From an uncultured Candidatus Saccharibacteria bacterium (lineage in GTDB: Bacteria; Patescibacteriota; Dojkabacteria; SC72; JAFGCJ01), in contig CAYZTC010000003.1 of the NCBI GenBank assembly GCA_964481345.1, positions 6,653 to 70,652 on the forward strand: DNA of 64,000 bases. Reading direction: 5' to 3'. Positions 9,063 to 19,327 of this stretch are shown here, in pieces. Positions within the stretch are counted from its first letter, which is position 1, and the number at the start of each line of letters is the position of its first letter. Under the pieces are notes generated by a model. That model searched no databases. It was not told where the DNA came from and was given only the letters and a program-made list of their open reading frames with translations. Both the position numbers and the translations under genes were made by a program.

Positions 9063-10811
9063 TTATTTAGATTTAACGTCTTTTATCTTTCCCTTTTCGA
9101 TATAAATAATTTTATCAAAAAGATTAGCATTCTGTTCGTCTTGAGTAATAAAGATTAGCGTTTGTTTTGGTCGGTGTTCAATAAGATTTTTCAGAATCCC
9201 CTTTCTAGAAAAACCATCTATTTGTGTTAGGCTTTCATCAAGTATTAGTATATGCCTATCTCTGTATACTGCTCTTGATATTGCAATTCTTTGCCAGTGA
9301 CCAGAAGAGACCTGAATACCTTGACCTATTTGTTTCCCTAGTATTTGCTGCTCATCAATATCATTTTCATTCATCCATTTATCAATTCCAGTAATTTCTA
9401 TTGCTTCCTCAAATTTCCTTCTTCTAAATTCTCTTTCTGGTTCTGAAAGAGTGATATTTTTTCTTACACTAAAGTCATACTTGATGTAATCTTCAAAAAC
9501 TACAGCGACCTTATCTTTTAACTGTCCTCTATCAAGATTTCTTATTGAAATATCATCGATCAGGATGTCCCCTGGTCCAATCTTGTATAATCCACAGATA
9601 AGTTTTGCAATTGTGCTTTTTCCAGAGTTATCCTCCCCAACTATTGCAACTTTTTCTCCTGGTTCTATATTGAAAGAGACATTTTCTAGTGCGGAACTTT
9701 TACTTTCTGGGTACGAAAAATCTACATTGATAAACTCAACAGAAGGAACTTTAAGGGGATCTAGCTTTTGTGTGCCAGCAGTAATATCTCCAAATCCCTT
9801 GTATTCAAGAAGATTAAAGTAATCTTCGATATAGTAACTGTTATCCTTAATTAGGAATGCACGCCAGATTACTTTCCATGATGCAGTATAAAGGTTGTCA
9901 AGGTAATCGAAGAGGTATTTGAACTGACCTATTGTGTACCTTCTTACAATGGAGATCGGAACAAGTGATATCTGTACAATCCTAAGTAGCAAGTCATCAA
10001 CAAAGCTAAGGACAGCTGCGAGCTTGTCCCCTTCCAGTCTGATATTGTTTTGAGCCTTGTCATATGCTGAACTTGTATCATTGTATGATTCGAGAAAAAA
10101 CTTAAAGACATTATCTACTCTTAGCTCTGGAAAATTGTTTAGTATTAGAGATTGTTGATATATGTAGTCGAGAAATTGTTTTCTTGTAGCATTCTTATCT
10201 CTAAATTCCTTTAATCTTCTATTTGATTTGTATCTGGAGATGGCTTCTGGAAGCACAAAAAGTACAACTATAAGTGCCCACGGGGAAATCTGATTCAATA
10301 TTATCCAGCCAGCACTGATTAGGACTAAGGTATTGTTAACAAGTTCTGTTACTTGAAGAAAGGTCTGCCATACAGCGTTTATTGAGTATGCCGGTACTGT
10401 TGTTGTAAGTTGCTGAACCTCGCTTTTTTCCACATCCTCCAAGTTAAGGGTTGATATCTTTCGCATCATATCCTCATATGATTCTGTCCAAAAGAGATCA
10501 TAGAGTGATAATTCTGCAAAACTAATGACCTTTTCTGAAACAGTAACTACAGCTCTAATTAGGATTAAGATAAAAAAGTACTTTGCTAATCCAGATTCCC
10601 AGAATACTGAAGATGAAAAAGTATCATAGTTAGTTAATATGTTACCGATACTATCTAGGAGTTGACCAAGTACAAATACCATGTACAGGTTTAATAGTGC
10701 ACCGATGTTCTTCGTTACGAAATATGGAATTCCGATTTTTAGATTAACGGAAATGACAGTTTTAAATGCTTTTATTGCAGATTTTACTGTATCTGGGGCA
10801 TTTTTCTTCAT
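9063..10811 (-). CDS. ABC exporter, fused permease/ATPase with degenerate NBD motifs
   Basis: TM domain plus GEDNSGKST, VSSGHWQR, ILILDE. Confidence 0.88.
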   Translation of the reverse strand: MKKNAPDTVKSAIKAFKTVISVNLKIGIPYFVTKNIGALLNLYMVFVLGQLLDSIGNILTNYDTFSSSVFWESGLAKYFFILILIRAVVTVSEKVISFAELSLYDLFWTESYEDMMRKISTLNLEDVEKSEVQQLTTTVPAYSINAVWQTFLQVTELVNNTLVLISAGWIILNQISPWALIVVLFVLPEAISRYKSNRRLKEFRDKNATRKQFLDYIYQQSLILNNFPELRVDNVFKFFLESYNDTSSAYDKAQNNIRLEGDKLAAVLSFVDDLLLRIVQISLVPISIVRRYTIGQFKYLFDYLDNLYTASWKVIWRAFLIKDNSYYIEDYFNLLEYKGFGDITAGTQKLDPLKVPSVEFINVDFSYPESKSSALENVSFNIEPGEKVAIVGEDNSGKSTIAKLICGLYKIGPGDILIDDISIRNLDRGQLKDKVAVVFEDYIKYDFSVRKNITLSEPEREFRRRKFEEAIEITGIDKWMNENDIDEQQILGKQIGQGIQVSSGHWQRIAISRAVYRDRHILILDESLTQIDGFSRKGILKNLIEHRPKQTLIFITQDEQNANLFDKIIYIEKGKIKDVKSK

Positions 10812-10851
10812 GTTTTTTTATTATACCTTATCAATCGTTATTTTACTTTTG

Positions 10852-11766
10852 CTACTTTTGTTTTAAGTAGGTAAATACATTTCTTGCCGCTATTGCTCCC
10901 TCTGCTGAGGCAGTGATTATTTGGTTGAAGTTGTCGGAGTTTGTAGTAATATCTCCAGCTGCCCAGATCCCATCAATCTTTGTTTTTTGGCGTGGTCCCA
11001 CCACGATATGTCCAGTTTCGTCGAGTTTAAGTCTTAATTTTGTGGAAAGTGCAGTAACAGGTTCTGATCCTATCTCTATAAACAATCCGTCAAGTTTTAG
11101 CTCATCTAATCCATGGAATTCTTTATCCAGAATAACGGATTTTACTTTATCTTTCCCTTTTATTTCTTTGATATTTGTATTGAAAATTACCGTTATTTTC
11201 TTATCTTTCATTACCTGATCAGCCCATACCTGCTCTCCTCTGAGTTTTGCTTTTCTATATATCTGATATACATGTTTGGTAAGATCAGAAAGATAAAGGG
11301 ATGATGTATTTGCCGCATCACTTCCGCCCACTACTCCTACGGTCTTATCTTTAAATAGTGGTGCATCGCATGTTGTGCAGTATGCTACTCCTTTACCAAG
11401 AAGCTCATTTTCTCCTGGTACACTAAGTTTTTTTCTTTTTGCTCCAATGGCTAAGATTATTGTCTTAGCACTTATCTCCTTTTCGTTTTCAGTTTTGATG
11501 ATGAAATGTCCTGCTTTTCCATTTATCAATTCAACTTTTTCAAATATTTCCTTTACTCTGTAATGTAAAGCATGATCTCTTATTTTACTCATAAGGTCGC
11601 TTCCAGTGATTGATATGTAAGACGGATAGTTTTCTATATGTGTTGCCTCTACTGTCTGGCCTCCAAAATTCTGACCGATGATGATATTTGAAAGTTTGTA
11701 TCTTGAGGCATATATTGATGCTGTATATCCAGCAGGACCCGCACCAATGATAGCTACATCATACAT
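10852..11766 (-). CDS. trxB: thioredoxin reductase
   Basis: GAGPAG, CTTC, GGSDAA, AAGD. Confidence 0.92.
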   Translation of the reverse strand: MYDVAIIGAGPAGYTASIYASRYKLSNIIIGQNFGGQTVEATHIENYPSYISITGSDLMSKIRDHALHYRVKEIFEKVELINGKAGHFIIKTENEKEISAKTIILAIGAKRKKLSVPGENELLGKGVAYCTTCDAPLFKDKTVGVVGGSDAANTSSLYLSDLTKHVYQIYRKAKLRGEQVWADQVMKDKKITVIFNTNIKEIKGKDKVKSVILDKEFHGLDELKLDGLFIEIGSEPVTALSTKLRLKLDETGHIVVGPRQKTKIDGIWAAGDITTNSDNFNQIITASAEGAIAARNVFTYLKQK

Positions 11767-11872
11767 ATTTTGATACTAATCAAGTTAACAATAATTATTA
11801 TACATGATAACACTTTGAATATTAGTTCAAGTTAAAGTATCATATTAGTAATAAAGTTTTAGGAATATTGTT

Positions 11873-12271
11873 ATGGTTACAGATCCGATTCCAAAGACCG
11901 ATTACGATGAGCGACAAAAGAAACAACTTAAGCTCGGTATAAAGAGAGCTTCAAAGGTTTTTAACTTGAGTTCGGATGGTGAGGTGGTAAAAAGGTTAGG
12001 TAAGAAACTGGGAGATGAAGAGATTGCTTATTTTTTGAGGAGGGAAGTTCTTACTGGAATTGTTCATATTTTAAAGCTTCGAGTTTCTGAAAAGCCTACT
12101 TCTGAGGAAGATGCAAAGAGCAAGCTGCAGGAAATAATAGGTGAAACTGATCCTGATTTTACTAAGCTTGTTGAGAGTGGTGAAGTTAGAGTTGAGCCAG
12201 AAAAGCATAATGGTGAGCCAGTTATACAGATTAGCAGAATTCTTCGTGCCGAGGATGACGATGTAAGTTAA
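11873..12271 (+). CDS. hypothetical protein
   Basis: 132-aa ORF filling the intergenic space. Confidence 0.65.
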   Translation: MVTDPIPKTDYDERQKKQLKLGIKRASKVFNLSSDGEVVKRLGKKLGDEEIAYFLRREVLTGIVHILKLRVSEKPTSEEDAKSKLQEIIGETDPDFTKLVESGEVRVEPEKHNGEPVIQISRILRAEDDDVS

Positions 12272-12309
12272 ATGACTTATTATGAGCAATAAATTGATGT
12301 ATTAATAAA

Positions 12310-12561
12310 ATGTTAGCTATGATTCTAGAAAATATTTTTTTAATTGCAATTATTGTCTTAGCAATAGTTGTGGTTTGGAAAATTAGCAAGACTGTAATTC
12401 ATATGGTAATTGGGTTTATTTTGCTCGTAGGGATAGGTTTAGGGGTATGGTACGTATATAGACTTGGGTTTCCTGAAATTGCGCGGGATTCTGGGTATTT
12501 GGTGGTTTTTATTAATGGGTTTAAAGTGTTGCTTGAGAGAATTAAGGAAGCAGTGCTATAA
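12310..12561 (+). CDS. small membrane protein
   Basis: two hydrophobic helices. Confidence 0.65.
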   Translation: MLAMILENIFLIAIIVLAIVVVWKISKTVIHMVIGFILLVGIGLGVWYVYRLGFPEIARDSGYLVVFINGFKVLLERIKEAVL

Positions 12562-12582
12562 ATAATTTTTTATATACTGTCC

Positions 12583-13317
12583 ATGAATAAGAAAATTCTT
12601 ATTGCGATTTTTTCTGTTGGTGCTATTTTGGTTTTATCAGGAATTGGATATGGGGGGTACTATGTGTACAAAAATTACTATTTATCTGATGTTGATGAGG
12701 ATGCAAGTTTAGAAGATGGAGATGATTTAGAGCTTGTTCCTTTGCAGGAAGACGATGAAGAAGAGGACTCGGATATTGGTAATGCTGTAGTTTATGAAAT
12801 TCCAGAATTATCACTGTCAACAAGCTATGATGACACGGTATGTTCTTGGGAAACTTTTGGGACAAGTGATGGATCTACAACTCCTGCAAATGTGAGTGAT
12901 TTGGTATATGAAGTTACTTGTTCTGTGAATACTATTGAAGGGACAGGAAAAATCATCATTAACCCTATCATGACTGGTGGTGGATATGGACTTTTTGCTA
13001 TCGATATGGTCGGAGGTCTTTATTATGAAGAGAATGATGCTATGTTGGATCAGGATAGCTATATTGATTCTGAGGCTCTTCAAATCTCAGATCAGGCATG
13101 GACGAAAAGGATATTTGAATATTCAGGCCCTATTGGGTATTTCAATGAGGTTTGGTATTACCCTGAGGATCCAGATTATTCCATGATGGAGGGATTTGAC
13201 TGGAATGGATTTAGTGTAATTATGGGTTATGAAATTAAGATCACCACATCCTACTCTGACGATGATGTAACTCAAATTCAGGGTGCACTGGATCAAGTGT
13301 TTGAAGGTTTGAATTGA
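12583..13317 (+). CDS. membrane-anchored acidic hypothetical protein
   Basis: N-terminal TM helix, D/E-rich ectodomain. Confidence 0.75.
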   Translation: MNKKILIAIFSVGAILVLSGIGYGGYYVYKNYYLSDVDEDASLEDGDDLELVPLQEDDEEEDSDIGNAVVYEIPELSLSTSYDDTVCSWETFGTSDGSTTPANVSDLVYEVTCSVNTIEGTGKIIINPIMTGGGYGLFAIDMVGGLYYEENDAMLDQDSYIDSEALQISDQAWTKRIFEYSGPIGYFNEVWYYPEDPDYSMMEGFDWNGFSVIMGYEIKITTSYSDDDVTQIQGALDQVFEGLN

Positions 13318-13388
13318 TGATTTTTAGTTGACATCGCTATTCCAAGACAATATAGTCTTTTGAGTTAAGTTGTGATTTACGACGAAAT

Positions 13389-13655
13389 ATGAAGGTACTT
13401 ACTTTTGGAGCAGTATGGTGTCCAGATTGTCTCATAATGAGGCCAATTTGGGAGGAAATAGCAAAGGAAAATTCCTGGGTGAAAAGAGAATATTACGATG
13501 TGGATAAGAATCCTGATATGGCAAAGAAATATGAGGCTGTGGAAATTCCAATTTTTGTGTTTGTGGATAAAGAGGGAAATGAAATTGAAAGAATGCAGGG
13601 GGAATTTCCGAAGGAAGTACTCCTAGAGAAATTAAACGAGCTGAAAGATAGGTAA
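13389..13655 (+). CDS. thioredoxin family protein
   Basis: WCPDC active site, cis-Pro IP motif. Confidence 0.9.
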   Translation: MKVLTFGAVWCPDCLIMRPIWEEIAKENSWVKREYYDVDKNPDMAKKYEAVEIPIFVFVDKEGNEIERMQGEFPKEVLLEKLNELKDR

Positions 13656-14893
13656 TGAAAATTTTCCGAAGACTGTTATTAATAGCTATTTCACTTTTTG
13701 TTTTAATAACGCCTAATTTAGTCTTTGCTGGAGATAATAAGAACCCCGTTAACATTTATCTTTTTCATAGTCATTATTGTCCTCATTGTGGTGCAGAAAG
13801 AGAGTTTCTGAGTGAATATGAGAAAGAAAACGAAAATATTGAGGTCTATCAGTATGAGGTTAGGGATAAAGATAATTCAAGGTTGTTGCAAGAAGTGGCG
13901 GAGGAGCTTGATGTGAGTGCTCAATATATACCACTAACTGTGATTTGTGGGGAAACTATCATTGGATTTAATGAAAATGGTAGTACTGAGCAGAGAATTA
14001 AATCTCTTGTGGATGAATGTTTTGAAACTGGGTGTGAAGATCCTGTGAGGGAGATTCTTCTTAATAAGCCGGATGATGAAGGAAGGCAGTGTTCTGACTC
14101 TAGTGAAAATCTAGAAGATACTGAGAATTCTGTAACTCAAATATCAGATGAAGAAATGGATATTCCCATCCTTGGAAAAGTAAATCTAAGTGATTATTCG
14201 TTACCAATGATTACAGTTCTTCTTGGGTTCTTAGATGGATTTAACCCATGCGCAATGTGGGTGCTGTTATACCTGATCAGTATGCTTCTTGGAATGCAGG
14301 ATAGAAAAAAGATGTGGTTTGTTGGAATTACTTTCGTTGTGTCTTCTGCAGTAGTTTATTTTTTGTTTATGACCTCTTGGTTAAATTTCTTTCTATTTAT
14401 TGGATTTGTAAAATGGGTACGAGTATTAATAGGTAGTGTAGCAATAGCCAGTGGTGCAATACATTTGAAAGATTATTGGGATACCAGACCTGGATGTAAG
14501 GTCACAGATGTAGAAAAAAGAAAGAAGATACAATATCGTATCAATCAAATAGTTTCTGATAAGTGCTTCTGGATGGTCATTGTGGGTATTGTAGCCATGG
14601 CTTTTTCTGTAAATCTAATAGAGCTTGTTTGCTCAGCAGGATTTCCAGCAATATATACACATATGCTGAGTCTTTCGGATTTATCGACGTTACAATATTA
14701 TTCGTATCTCCTACTTTATGTATTTGTGTTCATGATCGATGATCTTGCTATATTCTTTATCGCTATGATTACGCTTCATGCTACTGGGATAAGAACGAAA
14801 TATAAGAGGGTCTCAAGTCTTGTTGGTGGCATTTTAATTCTTTTAATTGGAATTCTTCTTATATTTAAGCCGGAAGTATTGATGTTTTCATAG
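13655..14893 (+). CDS. glutaredoxin/thioredoxin domain fused to a CcdA/DsbD-like membrane domain
   Basis: signal peptide, CPHC, GFNPCA and ELVCSAG membrane cysteines. Confidence 0.8.
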   Translation: MKIFRRLLLIAISLFVLITPNLVFAGDNKNPVNIYLFHSHYCPHCGAEREFLSEYEKENENIEVYQYEVRDKDNSRLLQEVAEELDVSAQYIPLTVICGETIIGFNENGSTEQRIKSLVDECFETGCEDPVREILLNKPDDEGRQCSDSSENLEDTENSVTQISDEEMDIPILGKVNLSDYSLPMITVLLGFLDGFNPCAMWVLLYLISMLLGMQDRKKMWFVGITFVVSSAVVYFLFMTSWLNFFLFIGFVKWVRVLIGSVAIASGAIHLKDYWDTRPGCKVTDVEKRKKIQYRINQIVSDKCFWMVIVGIVAMAFSVNLIELVCSAGFPAIYTHMLSLSDLSTLQYYSYLLLYVFVFMIDDLAIFFIAMITLHATGIRTKYKRVSSLVGGILILLIGILLIFKPEVLMFS

Positions 14894-14906
14894 GTGTTTT
14901 TGAGGC

Positions 14907-14951
14907 TTGACCTCTGGTTTTTTTATGGTATAATGAAACGGGTAATTACCC
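14907..14951 (+). promoter_or_regulatory. sigma70 promoter with palindromic operator candidate
   Basis: TTGACC-16-TATAAT (14907-14934), then GGGTAATTACCC (14940-14951). Confidence 0.6.
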
Positions 14952-14977
14952 ATAAGTAAATTTTAATCTATACTACA

Positions 14978-15202
14978 ATGCCAGTAAGAGATAGAACAGG
15001 ACCTTTAGGTCAGGGACCCAGAACAGGAAGAGGACTTGGTCGTGCCAGAGGAGCAGGACAAGGACCAAGAGGTCTAGGTGGATCTGAAGTATGTGAGTGT
15101 CCAAAATGTGGGCACGAGGAGCCTCATAAAAGGGGTATTCCTTGCACTGAGGTCAAGTGTCCAAAGTGTGGAACACCTTTAAGAGGTAAGTTCTGCAAGT
15201 AA
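14978..15202 (+). CDS. DUF5320-like Gly/Arg-rich protein with double zinc ribbon
   Basis: MPxRDRTGPxGxGPRTGRG; CECPKCG...PC...CPKCG. Confidence 0.8.
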   Translation: MPVRDRTGPLGQGPRTGRGLGRARGAGQGPRGLGGSEVCECPKCGHEEPHKRGIPCTEVKCPKCGTPLRGKFCK

Positions 15203-15211
15203 AACGGAATA

Positions 15212-15256
15212 GGCCAGCTAACTTATAGCGCGAAACGTACTATAAGTTAGCTGGCC
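15212..15256. terminator. 17-bp perfect hairpin between the DUF5320-like and DUF134 genes
   Basis: GGCCAGCTAACTTATAG / CTATAAGTTAGCTGGCC. Confidence 0.65.
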
Positions 15257-15287
15257 GTATCCTTTAAATTTTGTTTGCTTAACTATC

Positions 15288-15557
15288 ATGAGAAGACGAT
15301 TTAGAAGAAGAATTGTTGGAAGGATAAATGACAGGTATTTTAAGCCTGCTGGTATACCATTGAGAAGCTTAGACGAAGTTGTAATTACTAAAGAGGATAT
15401 TGAGACTTTAAGGTTAAGGTATATCGAGAAAAAGGATCAAAATGATGCTGCAAAATCTATGGGGATATCTCAAAGTCAATATCAAAGGGATATTACTAAT
15501 ACTCTATCGAAAATAACCGATGCAATGGTAAATGGTAAAGCCATTCGAATTTCATAA
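15288..15557 (+). CDS. DUF134 family HTH DNA-binding protein
   Basis: YFKPAGIP, ETLRL, QNDAAKSMGISQS, GKAIRI. Confidence 0.88.
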   Translation: MRRRFRRRIVGRINDRYFKPAGIPLRSLDEVVITKEDIETLRLRYIEKKDQNDAAKSMGISQSQYQRDITNTLSKITDAMVNGKAIRIS

Positions 15558-15569
15558 GTATTATGTATT

Positions 15570-15944
15570 TTAGTGGGAGTTTCTGTAGTTTTCTATTGCT
15601 GCTTTAATAGAATCTGAAGCGAGGTTAGAGCAGTGCATTTTAATCGGGGGTAGACCATCAAGAGCTTCAGCAACAGCTTTGTTTGTAACTACTAGTGCTT
15701 CATCAAGGGTTTTCCCTTTAATTAACTCTGTTGCCATACTGCTTGTTGCAATTGCAGCACCGCATCCAAATGTCATAAACTTTACATCTGTTATTTTATT
15801 ATTCTTTACTTTAATGTACATTTTCATTACATCTCCACATATCGGACTACCGACTTCACCTACTCCATCAGCATCCTTGATTTCACCCATATTTCTAGGG
15901 TTGTAAAAATGGTCTAGAACTTTTTTACTATATTTACCTTCCAT
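15570..15944 (-). CDS. iscU: Fe-S cluster scaffold NifU/IscU
   Basis: DHFYNPRN, CGD, FGCG, PPIKMHC. Confidence 0.95.
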   Translation of the reverse strand: MEGKYSKKVLDHFYNPRNMGEIKDADGVGEVGSPICGDVMKMYIKVKNNKITDVKFMTFGCGAAIATSSMATELIKGKTLDEALVVTNKAVAEALDGLPPIKMHCSNLASDSIKAAIENYRNSH

Positions 15945-17121
15945 TATTTACTTTCTTTTTATATAAAGGCGACATTGATCGTAACTTCTTAATTATAGGA
16001 GGTAATACATTCGTAAGATAGTCCACATCTTCATTTGTGTTTTCAACTCCAAATGATAACCTAAGTGAGCCATGTGCTATTTCATGAGACAGCCCGATAG
16101 ATAGAAGTACATGAGATGGTTTTAGTGAACCTGATGTGCATGCGGATCCACTGGAAGCACAAATTCCCTTTTGGTCTAACATCAAGAGTATTGATTCTCC
16201 CTCAATAAATTCAAAAGAGAAATTTGCATTTCCTGGTAGTCTTTGTTCTCTATCGCCATTTAATCTTGAAAAAGGTATATTATTTAGTACTTCTTCTATT
16301 GTTCTATCTCTTAGATGGACTAATTTTTCCACATATTTATCGAGATCTTTGGTTGCTAGCTCTATTGCTTTTCCTAACCCTACTATTGCAGGAACATTCT
16401 CGGTACTCGCTCTTTTCCCTCTTTCCTGCTTTCCTCCATGTAGGAATGAATCTATTTTTACTCCATCTTTGATATATAAAACACCGATTCCTTTTGGTCC
16501 ATATATTTTATGCCCAGATAGTGAGAGTAAATCTACATTTAATTTCTCTACATCGACTGGTATATTTCCGACCGCTTGGACTGCGTCTGTGTGAAAGTAT
16601 ATCTTATGTTTTCGGGCAATTTTCCCAATCTCCTGAATTGGTTGGATTGTCCCAATTTCGTTGTTTGCAAACATGATAGAGATTAGAATTGTGTCCTTTT
16701 TTATAGATTTTTCCAGTTTCTTTATATCTACAATTCCATTTTTATCTACTGGAACATATGTAACTTCAAAACCTTCTTTTCCCAAAGTTTCGCAGGTATG
16801 TAATATTGCGTGATGTTCGATTTGACTTGTGATTATGTGTCTTCCCTTGTCTTTATTTGCATTAGCAATCCCCTTTAGTGCCCAATTATCAGCCTCTGTT
16901 CCAGAGCCTGTGAAAAATATTTCATTTGTGGTTGCACCAATTGATTTTGCTACCTTTTGTCTTGCTTCCTCTATAGCCGTTTTTGCTTCTGTTCCTATCG
17001 AGTAAATAGTAGAAGGATTTCCGTACTTCTGTGAAAAATATGGAAGCATAGCTTTAAGTACTTCAGGTTTAACTGGAGTAGTGGCTGCATTATCTAAATA
17101 TATTGCTCTATTGATACCCAT
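15934..17121 (-). CDS. iscS: cysteine desulfurase NifS/IscS
   Basis: YLDNAATT, SGHKIYGPKG, SSGSACTS. Confidence 0.95.
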   Translation of the reverse strand: MGINRAIYLDNAATTPVKPEVLKAMLPYFSQKYGNPSTIYSIGTEAKTAIEEARQKVAKSIGATTNEIFFTGSGTEADNWALKGIANANKDKGRHIITSQIEHHAILHTCETLGKEGFEVTYVPVDKNGIVDIKKLEKSIKKDTILISIMFANNEIGTIQPIQEIGKIARKHKIYFHTDAVQAVGNIPVDVEKLNVDLLSLSGHKIYGPKGIGVLYIKDGVKIDSFLHGGKQERGKRASTENVPAIVGLGKAIELATKDLDKYVEKLVHLRDRTIEEVLNNIPFSRLNGDREQRLPGNANFSFEFIEGESILLMLDQKGICASSGSACTSGSLKPSHVLLSIGLSHEIAHGSLRLSFGVENTNEDVDYLTNVLPPIIKKLRSMSPLYKKKVNNGR

Positions 17122-17187
17122 AAACAGTATATTAACAAGTTTATCAATGGTTTTCTATATAGGAGAAGCATGGAATTCAAAGATACT

Positions 17188-17697
17188 CTATCTTATACCT
17201 CGGCCTACAGTTTCATTCAGCCATTGTTTAATTAAGACATTTTCTTTTCTGCTTAGTTTTCCAGCTTTTAATGGTTTAGCAAGTATTGTCCGGTTAAGAA
17301 TCCCCTGTTGTTCGAGAGTCATGGCTCCTACAGATTGTCGAGTAAATTTGTAAAGAGTTCTTCTTACAGCATCTTTTTTTGCTTGGGTCCATTCGGACCC
17401 TCTTTCACAAAGAATCGCTAGTAGAAATCTAACTAGTTCAAAAGGAGATGTGGTATCAACATATTCGCTTAGTTTATGTCTGTCTTCCCATTCATTAACT
17501 TCTTTATCCATAAATTCTGTGAGGTTTAGGGAGTCTTTTTGTTCGTTTTCCTCGAACAAATTGTTAGATTCATTAATTTCTTGCCATCTTTTAGCTATCC
17601 ACAATTCAACCGGATTAGCGGGTTCTTCTTCAATATTTTGTTCAGAACCTAAAAGTTTCGCTTCAGGTGGTCTAAATCCTGTAATTCCTTCTTCCAT
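17188..17697 (-). CDS. hypothetical protein
   Basis: 169-aa ORF. Confidence 0.65.
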   Translation of the reverse strand: MEEGITGFRPPEAKLLGSEQNIEEEPANPVELWIAKRWQEINESNNLFEENEQKDSLNLTEFMDKEVNEWEDRHKLSEYVDTTSPFELVRFLLAILCERGSEWTQAKKDAVRRTLYKFTRQSVGAMTLEQQGILNRTILAKPLKAGKLSRKENVLIKQWLNETVGRGIR

Positions 17698-17768
17698 ATC
17701 TGAATTGTACTATAAGTTACTCTTTAAAGTAAAATATAAACGCTAGTTGTTGTTTCTAGGAAAGGGTT

Positions 17769-18392
17769 TTAACTTAGAAACTTTGATCCTTTAATAAAAA
17801 ATCTCCATGGCTGGTTTATTGATTTTTTGGCCTCTTTCTCAGTTTTAGCTCTGTTAACCCCAAGGTTTATTCTTGGGCCTGTCCCAATTTTGATGTTTAT
17901 GCTGTTTGGTTTATATAACCGAACTTTTGAGTCAGGGTTACAAATGAATAGTTCATTATCTTTTGGAGTAAGACCAAGTGCCTGAGATAGCATTCCTGGA
18001 CCGCAGGAAATTCTATGGAGGTCGTTTCCAAAGTAGTTTCTCCTTTTTCTCATAACATCTATTCCTTTAAATGGTTGTATTGAACGAATGAATGAAACAT
18101 CTGCTTTCCCTTTTACTCCTGTTACTATTGAAGTTATGGTATACAGTCCCATTATTAAGTATTCATAGAGATATCCGCCTTTTTCGTATTGTATGGCTGT
18201 TCTTGGAGTCGATTTTCTGTCATATGCATGAGAGGTGGGATCTGAGGATGGATATGCTTCAGTTTCGGTGATTATTCCTGAAACCAAATTACTTTCTTTT
18301 TCTGATACGACAATACACCCAAGCAATTCAGGGGATACCTGTAGGGATGACTGCATAAAGAAATCCTGATTAAGTTGAGTTCCGTACTCCAT
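17769..18392 (-). CDS. 3-methyladenine DNA glycosylase (AAG/MPG family)
   Basis: ITETEAY, DPTSHAY, GPGMLSQALG, GPRI, PWRF. Confidence 0.9.
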   Translation of the reverse strand: MEYGTQLNQDFFMQSSLQVSPELLGCIVVSEKESNLVSGIITETEAYPSSDPTSHAYDRKSTPRTAIQYEKGGYLYEYLIMGLYTITSIVTGVKGKADVSFIRSIQPFKGIDVMRKRRNYFGNDLHRISCGPGMLSQALGLTPKDNELFICNPDSKVRLYKPNSINIKIGTGPRINLGVNRAKTEKEAKKSINQPWRFFIKGSKFLS

Positions 18393-18408
18393 AGATGGAG
18401 TATATCAT

Positions 18409-18570
18409 GAGGGGGACAGGCCCGGATTAGGACTGTCCCTCAAAAAGCCTTTCAAATCAGTTCGCAATTCCTTGTGATTATATGGGTATTTCAACTTTGG
18501 TTGTTTTAAAGGTGCTTTTTTTGGGAAATTTTGTGGATAACGGGGACAGACCCCGCCGGGGACAGGCCCT
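18409..18570. repeat. REP-like GGACAG/CTGTCC palindromes
   Basis: GAGGGGGACAG...CTGTCCCTC (18409-18441); GGGGACAGACCCC and GGGGACAGGCCCT (18542-18570). Confidence 0.65.
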
Positions 18571-18634
18571 ATTCTTACCAGGTGAAAATTTTTTCACTAG
18601 ACATTAACATTTCTTTTGTGTTTAATCGGTTAAA

Positions 18635-19327
18635 ATGCAAAAAATTCACAAACATCAGAAAGAAATACTCATGCAGCTTCTTTTTCATCCGCGTATTTCG
18701 TTTACAGAGATGAATATTGAAGATTTAAGTTCAGACCACTTTACATATCATATTAAATCTTTAACAAAGTTGGGTTTTGTAGCAAAAGATGATGTTGGAA
18801 AATATGTGTTAACAGTTAAAGGAAAGGAGTATGCAAATACCTATGATACAGAGAATAAGGTAGTTGAAAAACAACCTAAATATGCAGTATTCATAGTTGC
18901 TAAAAAAATAGAAAAAGGAATAGATTACCTGCTTATTCAAAGGAGGAAGAAAGAGCCGTATTATGACTATCAAGGGTTTTTGACTGGTAAGGTGAAATTT
19001 GGTGAAAAGCTTGAGGAGGCAGCAAAAAGGGAGCTTTCTGAAGAATCAGGTTTAACTGGAGATTTTAAGTTTAAGGGAGCTCACAGGGATATTGTTTATT
19101 CGAAAGACAAAAAACTACTTGAGGATAAGGTATTTCATATATTTGTTGTTACTGGTTGCAAGGGAAAGCTGAAAAAGACAGTTGAGGGAGGTGAAAACTA
19201 TTGGCTGCCTGAAAAGGACTTTAAAACTCTTGATAAGAAGTATTATAATGAGGATGACTTGTATGAGTGTTCTAAAAGAGAGAAGATTTTCTTTAAGGAG
19301 GAGAGGTATTTTGTTGAAGAGTTTTAA
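18635..19327 (+). CDS. winged-helix + Nudix domain protein
   Basis: FTYHIKSL HTH; GKVKFGEKLEEAAKRELSEESG Nudix box. Confidence 0.88.
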   Translation: MQKIHKHQKEILMQLLFHPRISFTEMNIEDLSSDHFTYHIKSLTKLGFVAKDDVGKYVLTVKGKEYANTYDTENKVVEKQPKYAVFIVAKKIEKGIDYLLIQRRKKEPYYDYQGFLTGKVKFGEKLEEAAKRELSEESGLTGDFKFKGAHRDIVYSKDKKLLEDKVFHIFVVTGCKGKLKKTVEGGENYWLPEKDFKTLDKKYYNEDDLYECSKREKIFFKEERYFVEEF

